In this document: positions 7,402 through 16,595 of the stretch, piece after piece
How the letters are laid out: each line of letters starts with the position of its first letter
Position numbering within the stretch: the first letter of the stretch is position 1
Assembly: GCA_963718915.1 (NCBI GenBank)
Contig: CAVRAI010000001.1
Coordinates: 60,001 to 92,000 of the forward strand
Direction: 5' to 3'
DNA: 32,000 nucleotides
From: an uncultured Chloroflexia bacterium
GTDB lineage: Bacteria; Chloroflexota; Ktedonobacteria; Ktedonobacterales; JADMIN01
Notes under the pieces: generated by a model
What the model was told of the DNA's origin: nothing
The model's database searches: none
Seen by the model: only the letters and a program-made list of their open reading frames with translations
Made by a program: the position numbers and the translations under genes

Positions 7402-9045
7402 ATGTCGCAGTTGAGGTCGGCAGCCACGAAGTCATCATTCGCGGACTTTATCAAACCATCGTCTCTCCCGCCCACCCCGCCACATAGCGTTAATCCCCCG
7501 CACGACGAGAGGCAACCCGCCATTGCGCCGCTGGATGTCGAGGCGGCGCTCCGTGGGAAGCCATTGCGCGTGCTGTTCGTCGCCGCTGAGGCCGTTCCCT
7601 ATGTCAAGACAGGCGGCCCGGCTGATGTCATTGGCGTCTTGCCACAGGCGTTGCGCAAGCTCGGACATGATGTCCGGCTGGTGCTGCCCTTCTACAAGAG
7701 CATTGACCCCGAACGGTGGCGCCTGAAGGTTGCGCGTGAGGATGTGGCGGTGCCGATGAGCCAGCGCTCCGAGCAGGTGGAGGTCTGTGAAACGACACGG
7801 GACGACGGTCTGCCTGTCTACTTCATCGACGCGCCTCATTATTTTCAGCGCGAGAAGGTGTACGGATATGGCGACGACGGCGAGCGCTTCATCCTCTTCT
7901 GCCGCGCCGCGCTCGAATTCGTCCGTTCGATAGGCTGGGCGCCAGACATTATCCATTGCCACGACTGGCACGCCGCAATCATCCCCAACTGGACGCAGAC
8001 AGTCTATCGGGACGATCCCCTCTTCGCTGATACCGCGACGGTCTACACCATCCACAACCTCGCCGCTCAGGGCAAATTTGGCTATCGCATTCTGGAGGTA
8101 GCTGGCGTCGCGCAGGAGGGCATGCTCTATTCGGATGTGCCAGAACTGGCCAATGTCGTTGACCTGATGGGTCGCGGCATTCTCTTCGCTGATGTCATCA
8201 ATACCGTAAGCCCCAGCTATGCCCGCGAGATTCTAACGCCGGAGTTTGGCGAGAAACTCGACTCATTGCTGCGCGGGCGCAAAGATCGTCTCTATGGCAT
8301 TCTGAACGGCATGAACGCGCAGGAAAACGACCCCGCGAACGATACAGGCATCGCCTCCGCCTACGATGCCTTTAGCCTCGAAAAGCGCCTCCCCAACAAG
8401 GCCGCGCTCCAGCGACTGGTCAATCTCCCCGTCGAAGAATTCACCCCGCTGATCGGCATGATTTCGCGCCTGACCGACGAGAAAGGTCTCGATCTGCTGG
8501 AAGCCACTATCCTGCCGCTGCTGGAGCAGAACATCCAGTTGGTCGTCATGGGCATAGGGGATCAGCACTACCACGAGATGTTCCAGCGACTCGTCATGCA
8601 CTACTCGCGTCAGGTGGCGATACGGTTCACCTTCAATACTGAACTGAGCCATCAGATCATCGCGGGGGCCGATATGCTGTTCATGCCCTCGCGTTTCGAG
8701 CCGTGCGGTCTGACGCAGATGCTGGCGATGCGCTACGGTTGCCTGCCCATCGTTCACCAGACTGGCGGCCTCGCCGATACGGTGCAGGAGTTCGATCCGA
8801 TGCTCAATATCGGCAACGGATTCAGCTTCCAGCGGTACGATCCTTTTCAGTTTTTCGCCGCGACGGTGCGCGCGTTGGAGGCGTATCGCTTCGCCGATAG
8901 CTGGAGCGACCTGATGCAGCGCGCGATGCTGGCCGACAACTCGTGGGCCGCCTCCGCCGAGCAGTACGTGGCGCTCTACCGGCGCGCGCAGGAGCTTCAC
9001 CGAGTCTCGTCCGTGCGCGCGGGGACGGCGATAGAATCGCTTTAA
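7402..9045 (+). CDS. glgA: glycogen (starch) synthase, GT5, ADP-glucose type
   Basis: LRVLFVAAEAVPYVKTGGPADVIGVLPQAL, HCHDWHAA, and C-terminal PSRFEPCGLTQMLAMRYGCLPIVHQTGGLADTV. Start moved to the ATG at 7402 (GGAGGA 5 nt upstream). Confidence 0.9.
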   Translation: MSQLRSAATKSSFADFIKPSSLPPTPPHSVNPPHDERQPAIAPLDVEAALRGKPLRVLFVAAEAVPYVKTGGPADVIGVLPQALRKLGHDVRLVLPFYKSIDPERWRLKVAREDVAVPMSQRSEQVEVCETTRDDGLPVYFIDAPHYFQREKVYGYGDDGERFILFCRAALEFVRSIGWAPDIIHCHDWHAAIIPNWTQTVYRDDPLFADTATVYTIHNLAAQGKFGYRILEVAGVAQEGMLYSDVPELANVVDLMGRGILFADVINTVSPSYAREILTPEFGEKLDSLLRGRKDRLYGILNGMNAQENDPANDTGIASAYDAFSLEKRLPNKAALQRLVNLPVEEFTPLIGMISRLTDEKGLDLLEATILPLLEQNIQLVVMGIGDQHYHEMFQRLVMHYSRQVAIRFTFNTELSHQIIAGADMLFMPSRFEPCGLTQMLAMRYGCLPIVHQTGGLADTVQEFDPMLNIGNGFSFQRYDPFQFFAATVRALEAYRFADSWSDLMQRAMLADNSWAASAEQYVALYRRAQELHRVSSVRAGTAIESL

Positions 9046-9082
9046 GGTAACGTGCGCGAATCCAGCCGTTGGAGAACGAATC

Positions 9083-10288
9083 ATGCAGGATGCGGACGCG
9101 GGCGCGCCGGACGATAGCGCCAGAATCGATCAATTGTCAGCGCGTGTGGCCGCGCTCCCGGCAGAGCTGCGCGCCCTGGCTGGGCGCCTCTTCGAGATTG
9201 TCGAGGCGGAGGGCATGATTGCGCCGCCGCCAGAGATGGAGCCGTGGCTGGCGCGCACCTTCGGCGAGGTCGAGGCGACGCTCCGCCAGCGCATTATCCG
9301 CGTCACCAACCGCTGGACCTTCGAGGGCGCAACCTTCAATCCACTCCGGTCGCGGCGACCTGGCAGCGGCGCCACGCAAACCGCCACGCAAACCGCCACG
9401 CAAGTTCCCACCCAGGCTGGCCCGCTGGAAATACCGCCTGAGCTACGCGAGCGTATCGCGGCGACCGAGGGCGACGACTTCTGCGACCCGGAGCATCGCA
9501 CCCCCGCCGATAGCTTTGGGCGCGTGCGCGGGCAGCACGTCGTGACGGCGGCTAATGTGGCGAAGGCGGAGGGGTGGCACAGCGTCGCCATCTTCGACCG
9601 CCACGACCCGCTCGCCATCGACAACGCGCTAATCGCGGACCTGCTCTCTGTCGCGGGCGCATGGGCGCAACGGGCGCATGAAGCTGACGACGCCGCGCGC
9701 TATTTCTTCCTGCTGTGGAACTGCCTGCAACGCGCGGGCGCCTCCCTGATCCACGGCCACGCCCAGATGACGCTCGGCGCGAGGATGGCGCATGGGCGGG
9801 TGGAGTTGTGGCGGGCGGCGGCGGCGCGCTACCGGCAGGAGACAGGCGGCGACTACTTCGCCGATGTGGCGGCGGTTCATGCGGCGCTGGGGCTTGCCGC
9901 GCCCATTGCGGATTCCCCGGTGACGTTATTCGCCTCGCTAACGCCCGCCAAGGAGCGCGAATTCGTGCTGCTGGCTGACCCCTGGCGCGACGATGGGCAG
10001 ACACTCCTCGCGCTAGACTCGCTGGTAGAGCCGCTGGCATCCGCGCTGGAGGTCATGCTGCATACGCTGGGGGTGCGCGCCTTCAACGTCGCCATCTTCG
10101 GGCCACCGCTTCCCGGCGACCCGCGCGCCGCGGAGTGGGCGGGTTTCCCGCTGGTAGCGCGTTTCGTGGATCGTGGCAATCCGCTCGCTCCGACCTCCGA
10201 TATCGCCGCACTCGAACTCTTCGGTAGCAGCGTCATCGCCAGCGACCCCTTCGACGTGGCTCGCAGTCTGCGCGCCGCGCAGCCTTGA
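9083..10288 (+). CDS. divergent GalT-like HIT-superfamily nucleotidyltransferase/phosphorylase
   Basis: FNPLRSRRP (GalT N..R..RP motif) and SLIHGHAQ (HxHxQ-type active site) in two-half GalT-like order. The zinc-site region is degenerate (DDFCDPEH). GGAGAA upstream of the ATG. The call rests on motifs only. Confidence 0.55.
   Translation: MQDADAGAPDDSARIDQLSARVAALPAELRALAGRLFEIVEAEGMIAPPPEMEPWLARTFGEVEATLRQRIIRVTNRWTFEGATFNPLRSRRPGSGATQTATQTATQVPTQAGPLEIPPELRERIAATEGDDFCDPEHRTPADSFGRVRGQHVVTAANVAKAEGWHSVAIFDRHDPLAIDNALIADLLSVAGAWAQRAHEADDAARYFFLLWNCLQRAGASLIHGHAQMTLGARMAHGRVELWRAAAARYRQETGGDYFADVAAVHAALGLAAPIADSPVTLFASLTPAKEREFVLLADPWRDDGQTLLALDSLVEPLASALEVMLHTLGVRAFNVAIFGPPLPGDPRAAEWAGFPLVARFVDRGNPLAPTSDIAALELFGSSVIASDPFDVARSLRAAQP
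9371..9406 (+). repeat. in-frame 12-nt tandem repeat (gccacgcaaacc x3) encoding ATQT repeats
   Basis: Two perfect units plus one diverged unit, giving GATQTATQTATQVPTQ in the GalT-like protein. Confidence 0.8.
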
Positions 10289-10565
10289 TTTTTTCAGGCG
10301 GACGCCATCGACCAAAAAAATCTCCACCAGTGTAATTCGGATCTTAGTATTACAGTTGCAGCTACGTAGGTGTGGTGGCAAGGCGGCGTCGGTAGTGACA
10401 TCGCCTAGCTGGGGCCTGGTGTCGCCGCCGCCAGTTGGACCATGCCACCGTCTGCGCGTTCTGTGTGACTCCTTCTGCTCATGTCTGCTGTGACGTCTTT
10501 TCGGCCAGGAGGACCAGCGGGAACGATGCCGGGAGAAGAGAAGAGAAGAACTGTCTGTGCCCTCC

Positions 10566-10601
10566 CTGACTTACCCTCTGACTTACCCTCTGACTTACCC
10601 T
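10566..10601. repeat. 12-nt tandem repeat ctgacttaccct x3 overlapping a stop codon
   Basis: Three perfect units. The last unit contains the TAA stop (10595..10597, minus strand) of the NTF2-like gene. Confidence 0.85.
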
Positions 10602-10987
10602 GTCTGCTCAGCCCACTGCGCCCGCCAGGCGGCGGCTTCAAAGGGCTCGGCGAAGTACTGCGTCTCATGCACGACATGGGCTACGCGAAACTCCATGATG
10701 CTCACGGTGTCGTACGGTTTCCCGTCGTAGGTGATGACCAGTTCGGCGATCCACAGATCGCCGCTGCCGCGCACACGTCGGACGACAAACTCTCGCCGTG
10801 CCGGATGGTGGCCACGCTGGCCCTGGATGTTGCGTCGCCCGCGGAACCGCTCGCCCGATTGTGGATACTCAAGAACCGCATCATCTGCATAGATCGCATG
10901 CTCCGCGGCCTCGTCCCCGGCCTGCGATGCGGCCCAATGACGCTCGATGGCGGCCCGACGATCTGCATCTGTCTCTGCAGCTGTCAT
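10595..10987 (-). CDS. NTF2-like / SnoaL-type small protein
   Basis: 130-aa product with IERHWAASQAGD...DDAVLEYPQSGERFRGR..I....G....REF.V....G.GDLW..E..I.YDG..Y..V.I.EF, typical of the ketosteroid-isomerase-like fold. GAGGAGGAG upstream of the ATG at 10987. Confidence 0.65.
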   Translation of the reverse strand: MTAAETDADRRAAIERHWAASQAGDEAAEHAIYADDAVLEYPQSGERFRGRRNIQGQRGHHPARREFVVRRVRGSGDLWIAELVITYDGKPYDTVSIMEFRVAHVVHETQYFAEPFEAAAWRAQWAEQTG

Positions 10988-11297
10988 GGGTGCTCGTACT
11001 CCTCCTCGGTTCTCCCAGGTGTGTACTGCCGACCCCCAGCAAGGCTGCACAAACCGTACCAATTACAGCCGAGGGTCACCACGCTTCTTGCGAGGCTCCC
11101 TGATTGCTCTGTCTCCACGGGGCGCGTTGCGCAGAGGGCCGGTCGCGCGCGCATCGGGCAGGGGTTCGCAGCGAATCAGCGAATTCGCACCCCACCTCTC
11201 AGCGTACAATACTCCGTCCGCCAGCCGCATCGAACCTTTCCCAACCACACTCTTAGTTCGCACTGCGTCTGTCTACCATCGGCGGGTAATTGGGCGC

Positions 11298-11324
11298 CTG
11301 CGAGACCTGCGAGACCTGCGAGAC
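11298..11324. repeat. 9-nt tandem repeat ctgcgagac x3
   Basis: Three perfect units ending 3 nt from the CAP-gene stop codon (11328..11330). Confidence 0.85.
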
Positions 11325-11327
11325 TTG

Positions 11328-11972
11328 CTAGAGCGGTGTCGCGAAGTCCTGGGTCCAGTAGGAGCCGTACGCGCTTCCCTGTTGATAGAAGTACGCGAAG
11401 CCGACGTCTCGCAGCGCGCAGTTGAGCAGGTTGCGGCGGTGGCCATCATTGGGCGGCGTCTCGCGGAAGAAGGCGTCAATGACGGCTTCGGGCGTCGGAT
11501 AGCCAGCGGCGATATTCTCCGCGGCCATAGAGAACTGGTAGCCCGCGGCATGTATACGATCCCACGGGGTCTGGCCAGCGGGGCTGTTGTGGTCGAAATA
11601 GCCATGCAACGCCATATCCTGGCTATGCGCGAACGCGGCTTGGTCGAGTTGCGCGTTTTCATGGAGCGGTGGACAGTTGAACTGGCTGCGGTAGGCATTC
11701 GTCCTGGCGAGCGCGCGGCTGGCGAAGCTCGCAGGAGCAGAACCGCTCGCCAACGTGGGCGCGACGTGAGATGCATGCGTCGGGGTAGCGGCAGCCTGAG
11801 AGGGGGGTGTTGGAGTGATGTCAGTTGAGGCGAATACTGTCGCTGGCGGCGAACCGTCGCTCGTACGAGCTGTTCCCGCCGTCATGGGTCCGCAGCCCGT
11901 GATGGACAGACCGACGAAAAGGCCGACGAGCGTGAGGGCGAGCGCGAGCAAGTAGGGGCATTGACGTCTCAT
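11328..11972 (-). CDS. CAP/SCP/PR-1-domain lipoprotein
   Basis: Signal peptide with lipobox LSITGC. CAP motifs NAYR...PL.....L...A..HS.DMA..GYFDH.SP.G....DRI...GY......ENIA.G and GHRRNLL. Confidence 0.8.
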   Translation of the reverse strand: MRRQCPYLLALALTLVGLFVGLSITGCGPMTAGTARTSDGSPPATVFASTDITPTPPSQAAATPTHASHVAPTLASGSAPASFASRALARTNAYRSQFNCPPLHENAQLDQAAFAHSQDMALHGYFDHNSPAGQTPWDRIHAAGYQFSMAAENIAAGYPTPEAVIDAFFRETPPNDGHRRNLLNCALRDVGFAYFYQQGSAYGSYWTQDFATPL

Positions 11973-12035
11973 TGCTGTCTTCTCTGTCCTCGCTAATTAC
12001 TTCGCCAGGGGTTCTATCCGTTTCATCCGCCACTC

Positions 12036-12099
12036 TATTGTGCCATTGTGCCATTGTGCCATGGTAACATTGTGCCATTGTGCCATGGTAACATTGAGC
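12036..12099. repeat. 8-nt based tandem array (cattgtgc / catggtaa) with a 24-nt higher-order unit
   Basis: tattgtgc cattgtgc cattgtgc catggtaa cattgtgc cattgtgc catggtaa cattgagc. Confidence 0.85.
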
Positions 12100-12136
12100 A
12101 ATCCAAGCGCCGTAAGCCGAACGGGCCACATCAACA

Positions 12137-12246
12137 GTGATTCAACGGTGATTCAACGGTGATTCAACGGTGATTCAACGGTGATTCAACGGTGATTCAA
12201 CGGTGATTCAACGGTGATTCAACGGTGATTCAACAGTGATGAACCC
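12137..12246. repeat. 11-nt tandem array gtgattcaacg, 9 near-perfect copies plus a degenerate tenth
   Basis: Units counted from 12137 in an exact 11-nt register. Only the last two units differ (..caaca, gtgatgaaccc). Lies between the SRAP stop (12254) and the CAP start (11972). Confidence 0.9.
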
Positions 12247-12253
12247 GTTGCCA

Positions 12254-12868
12254 CTACGCCGCCCGCATCGCTTCGAGCAGTTCGTCGGGATACGGCCGCA
12301 GATACTCAGTAATCCGCTCCACCTCGGTCATATCCGGGTCGAGCCAGGCATCTTCATCCTCAGGCAGCAGGATCACCGGCATCCGGTTGTGAATCGGGGC
12401 CAGCACCGCATTCGGCTGGCATGTGATGATCGCACACGTCGTCAGTTCGTAGCCACCGGGACTCTTCCACACATCATACAGGCCCGCCAGCCCAAACATC
12501 TCGCCGTCCTTACGCCCAATGCGATACTTGGTCTTGGCGCCTTTCGTAGCCCCTTGTGACCCCTGCCACTCGAAGAACGCTGAGGCAGGCAGCAGACAGC
12601 GCTGGGTGCGTAGCGGCCTCTTGAACGAGGGCTTCTCCGCGATTCCTTCGGAGCGGGCATTGATCATTTTGTGTCCGACCGACTCATCCTTAGCCCACGA
12701 TGGCGCCAGCCCCCATTTCATCAACTGTAATTCGTGATCGGTGAGGAGCACCGGTACCTGCTGTGTCGGTCGCACATCGAGATTCGCCAGCATCTCCGGA
12801 ATCGCGTTGGCGACTCCGAAATGCACGAAAATCTGTTTGCCGTCGACGATCTCATATCTGCCACACAT
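12254..12868 (-). CDS. SOS-response-associated peptidase (SRAP, YedK/HMCES family)
   Basis: Starts MCGRYE (catalytic Cys2). Also has INARSE, PASAFFEW and HNRMPVIL motifs. GGGAAGGGAGA upstream. Confidence 0.9.
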   Translation of the reverse strand: MCGRYEIVDGKQIFVHFGVANAIPEMLANLDVRPTQQVPVLLTDHELQLMKWGLAPSWAKDESVGHKMINARSEGIAEKPSFKRPLRTQRCLLPASAFFEWQGSQGATKGAKTKYRIGRKDGEMFGLAGLYDVWKSPGGYELTTCAIITCQPNAVLAPIHNRMPVILLPEDEDAWLDPDMTEVERITEYLRPYPDELLEAMRAA

Positions 12869-13031
12869 CGGCGTCTCCCTTCCCGCTTAGTTCGCTCTGG
12901 TTCGGCTCTGTCACAACACGTCCAGGTTCGTTCCTACTCACCTTCTCACATACTATTCTTTTCTTCACTGCTTCTCGCGCAGGTGGCTGGCGCACACTAC
13001 GCGGCAGTCGTTAACTGTTGATCCAGTACGA

Positions 13032-13051
13032 GCGGAGGCGGCGTCCTCCGC
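13032..13051 (-). terminator. GC-rich hairpin downstream of the LLM gene
   Basis: gcggagg-cggcgt-cctccgc (7-bp stem) about 20 nt past the stop at 13072. No U-tract. Confidence 0.3.
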
Positions 13052-13060
13052 CGCACACAC

Positions 13061-13082
13061 TCAGTCGTTGATCAGTCGTTGA
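13061..13082. repeat. 11-nt tandem duplication tcagtcgttga x2 including the stop codon
   Basis: The second unit carries the real TGA stop of the LLM gene (13072..13074). The related pair tcagtcgtac/tcagtcgtgc lies at 14054..14073. Confidence 0.8.
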
Positions 13083-14031
13083 CGAGATGCGCCACCTCAT
13101 CTGCAAACCGGTGCAGTGGCTCCAGGTCGTAGGCGAGGCGTGGAAACGAGAGAATCACATAGTCTATCCCCCGTTCAGCCAGCACGCGCAGCCGCTCCGC
13201 CAGCTCCTCCGTCGTCCCGACGAACCCAACTCCCGTGGCGCTCTGGGCGCGTTCAATCGCCGCCTCAGGTGTCTCACCCGGTCTGACGAGGACGATATCC
13301 TCGATGCTCGTCGATTTGATGATCGAGGCGTAGTCGCGGCCAACCTGCTCGCAATGCTGTCGTAACACCGCCAGTTTGCGCTCTGCCACCTCGGGATCAC
13401 CTCCGCCGACGTTACAGGCATCGCCGAAGCGCGCGACGAGCTTGAGCGTCACCTGCTCACCGCTCCCGCCGATCCAAAACGACGGATGTGGCTTGCCGTC
13501 CCTGCGCACGCCCTTCGGCTCGTTGATTGGCCCGTTGATAGAATACTGCTCACCAGTGAACGTTGGGGAGTCCTCCGTCCACATCTTCATCACAATCTCG
13601 CACGCCTCGCGGAACATGCGCATGCGGTCGCGGGTCTCCGGGAAGCCATAACCGTACGCCCGCCATTCATGCTCATACCAGCCCGCGCCAAGTCCGCAGT
13701 AGAGGCGCCCGTGGCTCAAAACGTCCACCGTCGACGCCATCTTCGCCAGCAGCGCCGGATGGCGGTAGCCGTTGCACGTCACCATCTGGCCGATGTTTAC
13801 CCGGCGCGTATCGCGCGCAAGCGCCGCGGTGATGGTCCAGGCCTCGAAGGTGGTATTGACCGTGGGGTGTGGGATGGTATGGAAGTGATCATAGACCCAG
13901 ATCGAATCGAAGACATCGAGTTGGTCGACGGCTTTGGCGACGTTGGTCATCGCCTCATACTGCTCGATGGGATCGGCAAGCTCCACCAGATCCATCCGCC
14001 AGCCCTGGGGAACAAAGACACCAAATCGCAT
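13072..14031 (-). CDS. luciferase-like (LLM class) flavin/F420-dependent oxidoreductase
   Basis: MRFGVFVPQGW.. N-terminus, then FDSIWVYDHF and GLGAGW..HE..AYG motifs typical of LLM-class F420-dependent enzymes. AGGAGGA upstream. Confidence 0.85.
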   Translation of the reverse strand: MRFGVFVPQGWRMDLVELADPIEQYEAMTNVAKAVDQLDVFDSIWVYDHFHTIPHPTVNTTFEAWTITAALARDTRRVNIGQMVTCNGYRHPALLAKMASTVDVLSHGRLYCGLGAGWYEHEWRAYGYGFPETRDRMRMFREACEIVMKMWTEDSPTFTGEQYSINGPINEPKGVRRDGKPHPSFWIGGSGEQVTLKLVARFGDACNVGGGDPEVAERKLAVLRQHCEQVGRDYASIIKSTSIEDIVLVRPGETPEAAIERAQSATGVGFVGTTEELAERLRVLAERGIDYVILSFPRLAYDLEPLHRFADEVAHLVND

Positions 14032-14142
14032 ACCTATCGATTCCTCCTGCGTTTCAGTCGTACTCAGTCGTGCGGTGAAAAGCTAAATCATCGGGATTCC
14101 CCAACCCTGGATGTGTAGCGATGTGTTGTTGCTCGCAGATGG

Positions 14143-14889
14143 TTACTCGGGATCGCGCCCGGCCAGTGGTTCTACCATCGGGCGCATGCGAATCTCGACG
14201 ATGCGTGCTCCGGCGGGCTGCGTCGCCATCAGCAACACCGCTTCCGCCACCTCCGCAGCGTCGAGCATGCCCGAACTGGCCACGCCCTCTTCGGTGCGCC
14301 CGCTGCCGATGGCAAACTCTGTCTTCACGCCGCCGGGGCAGACAACGCCAACCTTGATCCCTCGTGGGCGCAGCTCGCGATCCAGTGCCTGCGTAAAGCC
14401 CACCTGGGCAAACTTTGAGGCGCAATATGCCGCTTCCCCGGCAAAACCCATCACCCCAGCCATCGACGATATATTGATCACCGTGCCAGAGCCACGCTCC
14501 AGCATGCTCGGCGTCGTATGTCGGGTAAACAGGAATGTGCTCCGCATATTCGTATCCATCATCTGATCGTAATCGTCGACGCTGGTCTCGACGAGGGGAG
14601 CGTAGATGCCCATGCCCGCGTTGTTGATCAACAGGTCAATCTGACCTAACGTGTCCAGAGTCGTCTGAACCGCCTGACGGGCCGTCGTCTCCTCGCGCGC
14701 ATCGCCCACAATGACCACACAGCGTCTTCCGGCCTGCCGTACCTCGTCGGCAAACGCCGCCAACCGCTCGCCACGCCGGGCGACAACGGCTAAATCCGCC
14801 CCTTCCGCGAGAAAGCGGCGGGCAATGGCCAGACCAATCCCCGCACTTGCGCCTGTGATGAGCGCCACGTTCCCATCGAGTTTACCCAT
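14143..14889 (-). CDS. short-chain dehydrogenase/reductase (classical SDR)
   Basis: TGASAGIG cofactor motif, NNAG, and catalytic YCASK. Confidence 0.9.
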   Translation of the reverse strand: MGKLDGNVALITGASAGIGLAIARRFLAEGADLAVVARRGERLAAFADEVRQAGRRCVVIVGDAREETTARQAVQTTLDTLGQIDLLINNAGMGIYAPLVETSVDDYDQMMDTNMRSTFLFTRHTTPSMLERGSGTVINISSMAGVMGFAGEAAYCASKFAQVGFTQALDRELRPRGIKVGVVCPGGVKTEFAIGSGRTEEGVASSGMLDAAEVAEAVLLMATQPAGARIVEIRMRPMVEPLAGRDPE

Positions 14890-14967
14890 CGTAGCAGTCT
14901 CCCTAAGTTGGTAAATATTGAAGCATTATGGTCAGCGCCAACCGTCGCCTCAGCTTCTACTCTGGCT

Positions 14968-14990
14968 CCCCTCTCCTAGGAGGAGAGGGG
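14968..14990 (-). terminator. 10-bp perfect hairpin after the UxaA gene
   Basis: cccctctcct-agg-aggagagggg, 20 nt downstream of the stop at 15010. No U-tract. Confidence 0.35.
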
Positions 14991-15009
14991 CCGGGGGTGA
15001 GGTCTCTCG

Positions 15010-16167
15010 CTACGCGCTGCGATAGAGCTTGGTCAAAACAAACTCGCGATGACCAAGCGCTTCCGCACAGGTGAGCCGTCCGTTAGCGACTCGATCAATG
15101 AGCGACATCAGCTGATCGCCCGCCTCGCGCAGGCCATATTCGCGCCACAGTAGCCCAGACACGTCCAGATCAATATGCTCAGTCATCGTGCGCGCCGTCA
15201 GCGGATTCGCCGTAATCTTGATCACCGGCACTATCGGATTGCCGATGACGTTACCCTGGCCAGTGGGAAATAGATGAATCACCGAGCGTGAGGCGCCCAT
15301 GAGGGTGATGAATTCGGCTGCCGCAGACGATGAATCCATGAAGTTCAGGCCGCGCTTTGTTGGAGCGACCGCTGGCTCTAGCGCATCCACCACCGGAACA
15401 GTGCCCGTCTTGGCGATATTGCCCAGCGCCTTCTCCTCGATCGTGCTTAGCCCACCACGGATGTTGCCCTGCGTGGGCTGTGAACCCATCAGATTCGCGT
15501 TGCTCGACTCGATCTCGGCAAGATAACTATCGTACATCGCCTGGAAGCGGGAACGAACCTCCTCCGTCGCGCACCGACCCGCAATGATCTGCTCGCCGCC
15601 GGTCAGTTCGGACGTCTCACCGAACAGAACCGTGGCGCCCGCCTCCACAAAGCGATCCACCGCCTGCGAGACGGTGGGGCAGGAGCCTAACCCGGTCGTC
15701 GTATCAGACTCACCACACTTAATACTGATCGTAAGCTCTTCCCGAGCGATAGGCTCGCGCCGCACCTCACTCGCCTGCTGCACGAACTGCTGCGCGGTGC
15801 GTGAGGCTGCGGCCAGCACCTGGAGGTCACCGTGCCGCTCGATTGAAAAGCCCCGCACAGGCTTGCCTGTCTTGGCGATGCCCTCAACCACCAGACTCGT
15901 CCAGTTCGGTTCGATGCCGACGACGACGACCGCCGCGACATTTGGATTGGAGCCTGTGCCGATGAGCGTGCGGAACGTCAACTCGAGATCGGCGCCATAC
16001 TGCAAGCGCCCATATGCGTGTGGCAGCGAGATAGTCCCGGAAATAGCGCTGGCGATATGGTCGCAGACCGCATTGGAGAGATCATCAACCGGAAGGATGA
16101 TGACATGGTTACGAACGCCGACAGAGCCATCGGGACGGCGATATCCCGTTAGATGCTGTTCTGCCAC
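15010..16167 (-). CDS. UxaA-family sugar-acid dehydratase, large (catalytic) subunit
   Basis: GYRRPDGSVGVRNHVIILP opening and overall UxaA C-terminal-domain pattern. Overlaps the upstream SAF gene by 19 nt. Confidence 0.85.
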   Translation of the reverse strand: MAEQHLTGYRRPDGSVGVRNHVIILPVDDLSNAVCDHIASAISGTISLPHAYGRLQYGADLELTFRTLIGTGSNPNVAAVVVVGIEPNWTSLVVEGIAKTGKPVRGFSIERHGDLQVLAAASRTAQQFVQQASEVRREPIAREELTISIKCGESDTTTGLGSCPTVSQAVDRFVEAGATVLFGETSELTGGEQIIAGRCATEEVRSRFQAMYDSYLAEIESSNANLMGSQPTQGNIRGGLSTIEEKALGNIAKTGTVPVVDALEPAVAPTKRGLNFMDSSSAAAEFITLMGASRSVIHLFPTGQGNVIGNPIVPVIKITANPLTARTMTEHIDLDVSGLLWREYGLREAGDQLMSLIDRVANGRLTCAEALGHREFVLTKLYRSA

Positions 16168-16493
16168 CGGGCGCTCCTCACATTGTGCACATGGACGAGT
16201 TGGCCAGCTTTGATTGGCTGCCGCGTCAACGCCACCCGCACCCCGTATTCGATGACCTCAGCATCCGCGGCGAGATCCACCAAAGCAATCTTGTGGCCGA
16301 GCGGAATCTCCTCCATCGCCGTCATCCGCGCCTCGCGGTCGCTATCCAGGTAGACGAGCATACGCTCGCCGGGCGCCACGTCCTGAACCGCCACCGCGAC
16401 CATGTCACCCTCGTTGTGCGCGAGGAATGCCGGAGCGGTGGGCGGAGCCTGCGTGCGCGTGTCAGATTCATCCGAAGGCTGCCGCATCGTCAT
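16149..16493 (-). CDS. SAF-domain small subunit of the UxaA-type dehydratase
   Basis: IPLGHKIAL.....A...EYG......T..I..G..VHVHN pattern. Start set to the ATG at 16493 (GGAGA upstream). Upstream codons of the track ORF look non-coding. Confidence 0.7.
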   Translation of the reverse strand: MTMRQPSDESDTRTQAPPTAPAFLAHNEGDMVAVAVQDVAPGERMLVYLDSDREARMTAMEEIPLGHKIALVDLAADAEVIEYGVRVALTRQPIKAGQLVHVHNVRSARWQNSI

Positions 16494-16595
16494 GATTGCT
16501 ATGTCTCCTGTTCGCTTTGATTCGCTCTGAGAACAGATCACCAGTGGGCCTTCATGGCATGCTCTGCTTCCCATGTGGGTCGTTGGCAAGCCACA

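Noticed and set aside
10286-10322. Intrinsic terminator after the GalT-like gene (gatttttt ... aaaaaatc)
   Set aside because: The stem would be purely A:T (8 bp) with a 19-nt loop, which is too unstable to call. It may just be an A/T-rich junction at the left edge of the bracketed block.
10481-11828. Two long + strand ORFs (314 and 293 aa) across the NTF2-like and CAP genes
   Set aside because: They are antisense to two well-supported minus-strand genes. The products are low-complexity Arg/Pro/Ser strings and read straight through intergenic tandem repeats.
11821-12129. 102-aa minus ORF containing MAQCYHGTMAQCYHGTMAQ
   Set aside because: The repeated peptide is simply the translation of the 8/24-nt tandem array. 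There is no SD, and the ORF overlaps the CAP gene start region.
12137-12246. Possible CRISPR array because of many identical short repeats
   Set aside because: The units are contiguous 11-mers with no spacers, far shorter than CRISPR repeats, and no cas genes are nearby. It is a plain tandem repeat.
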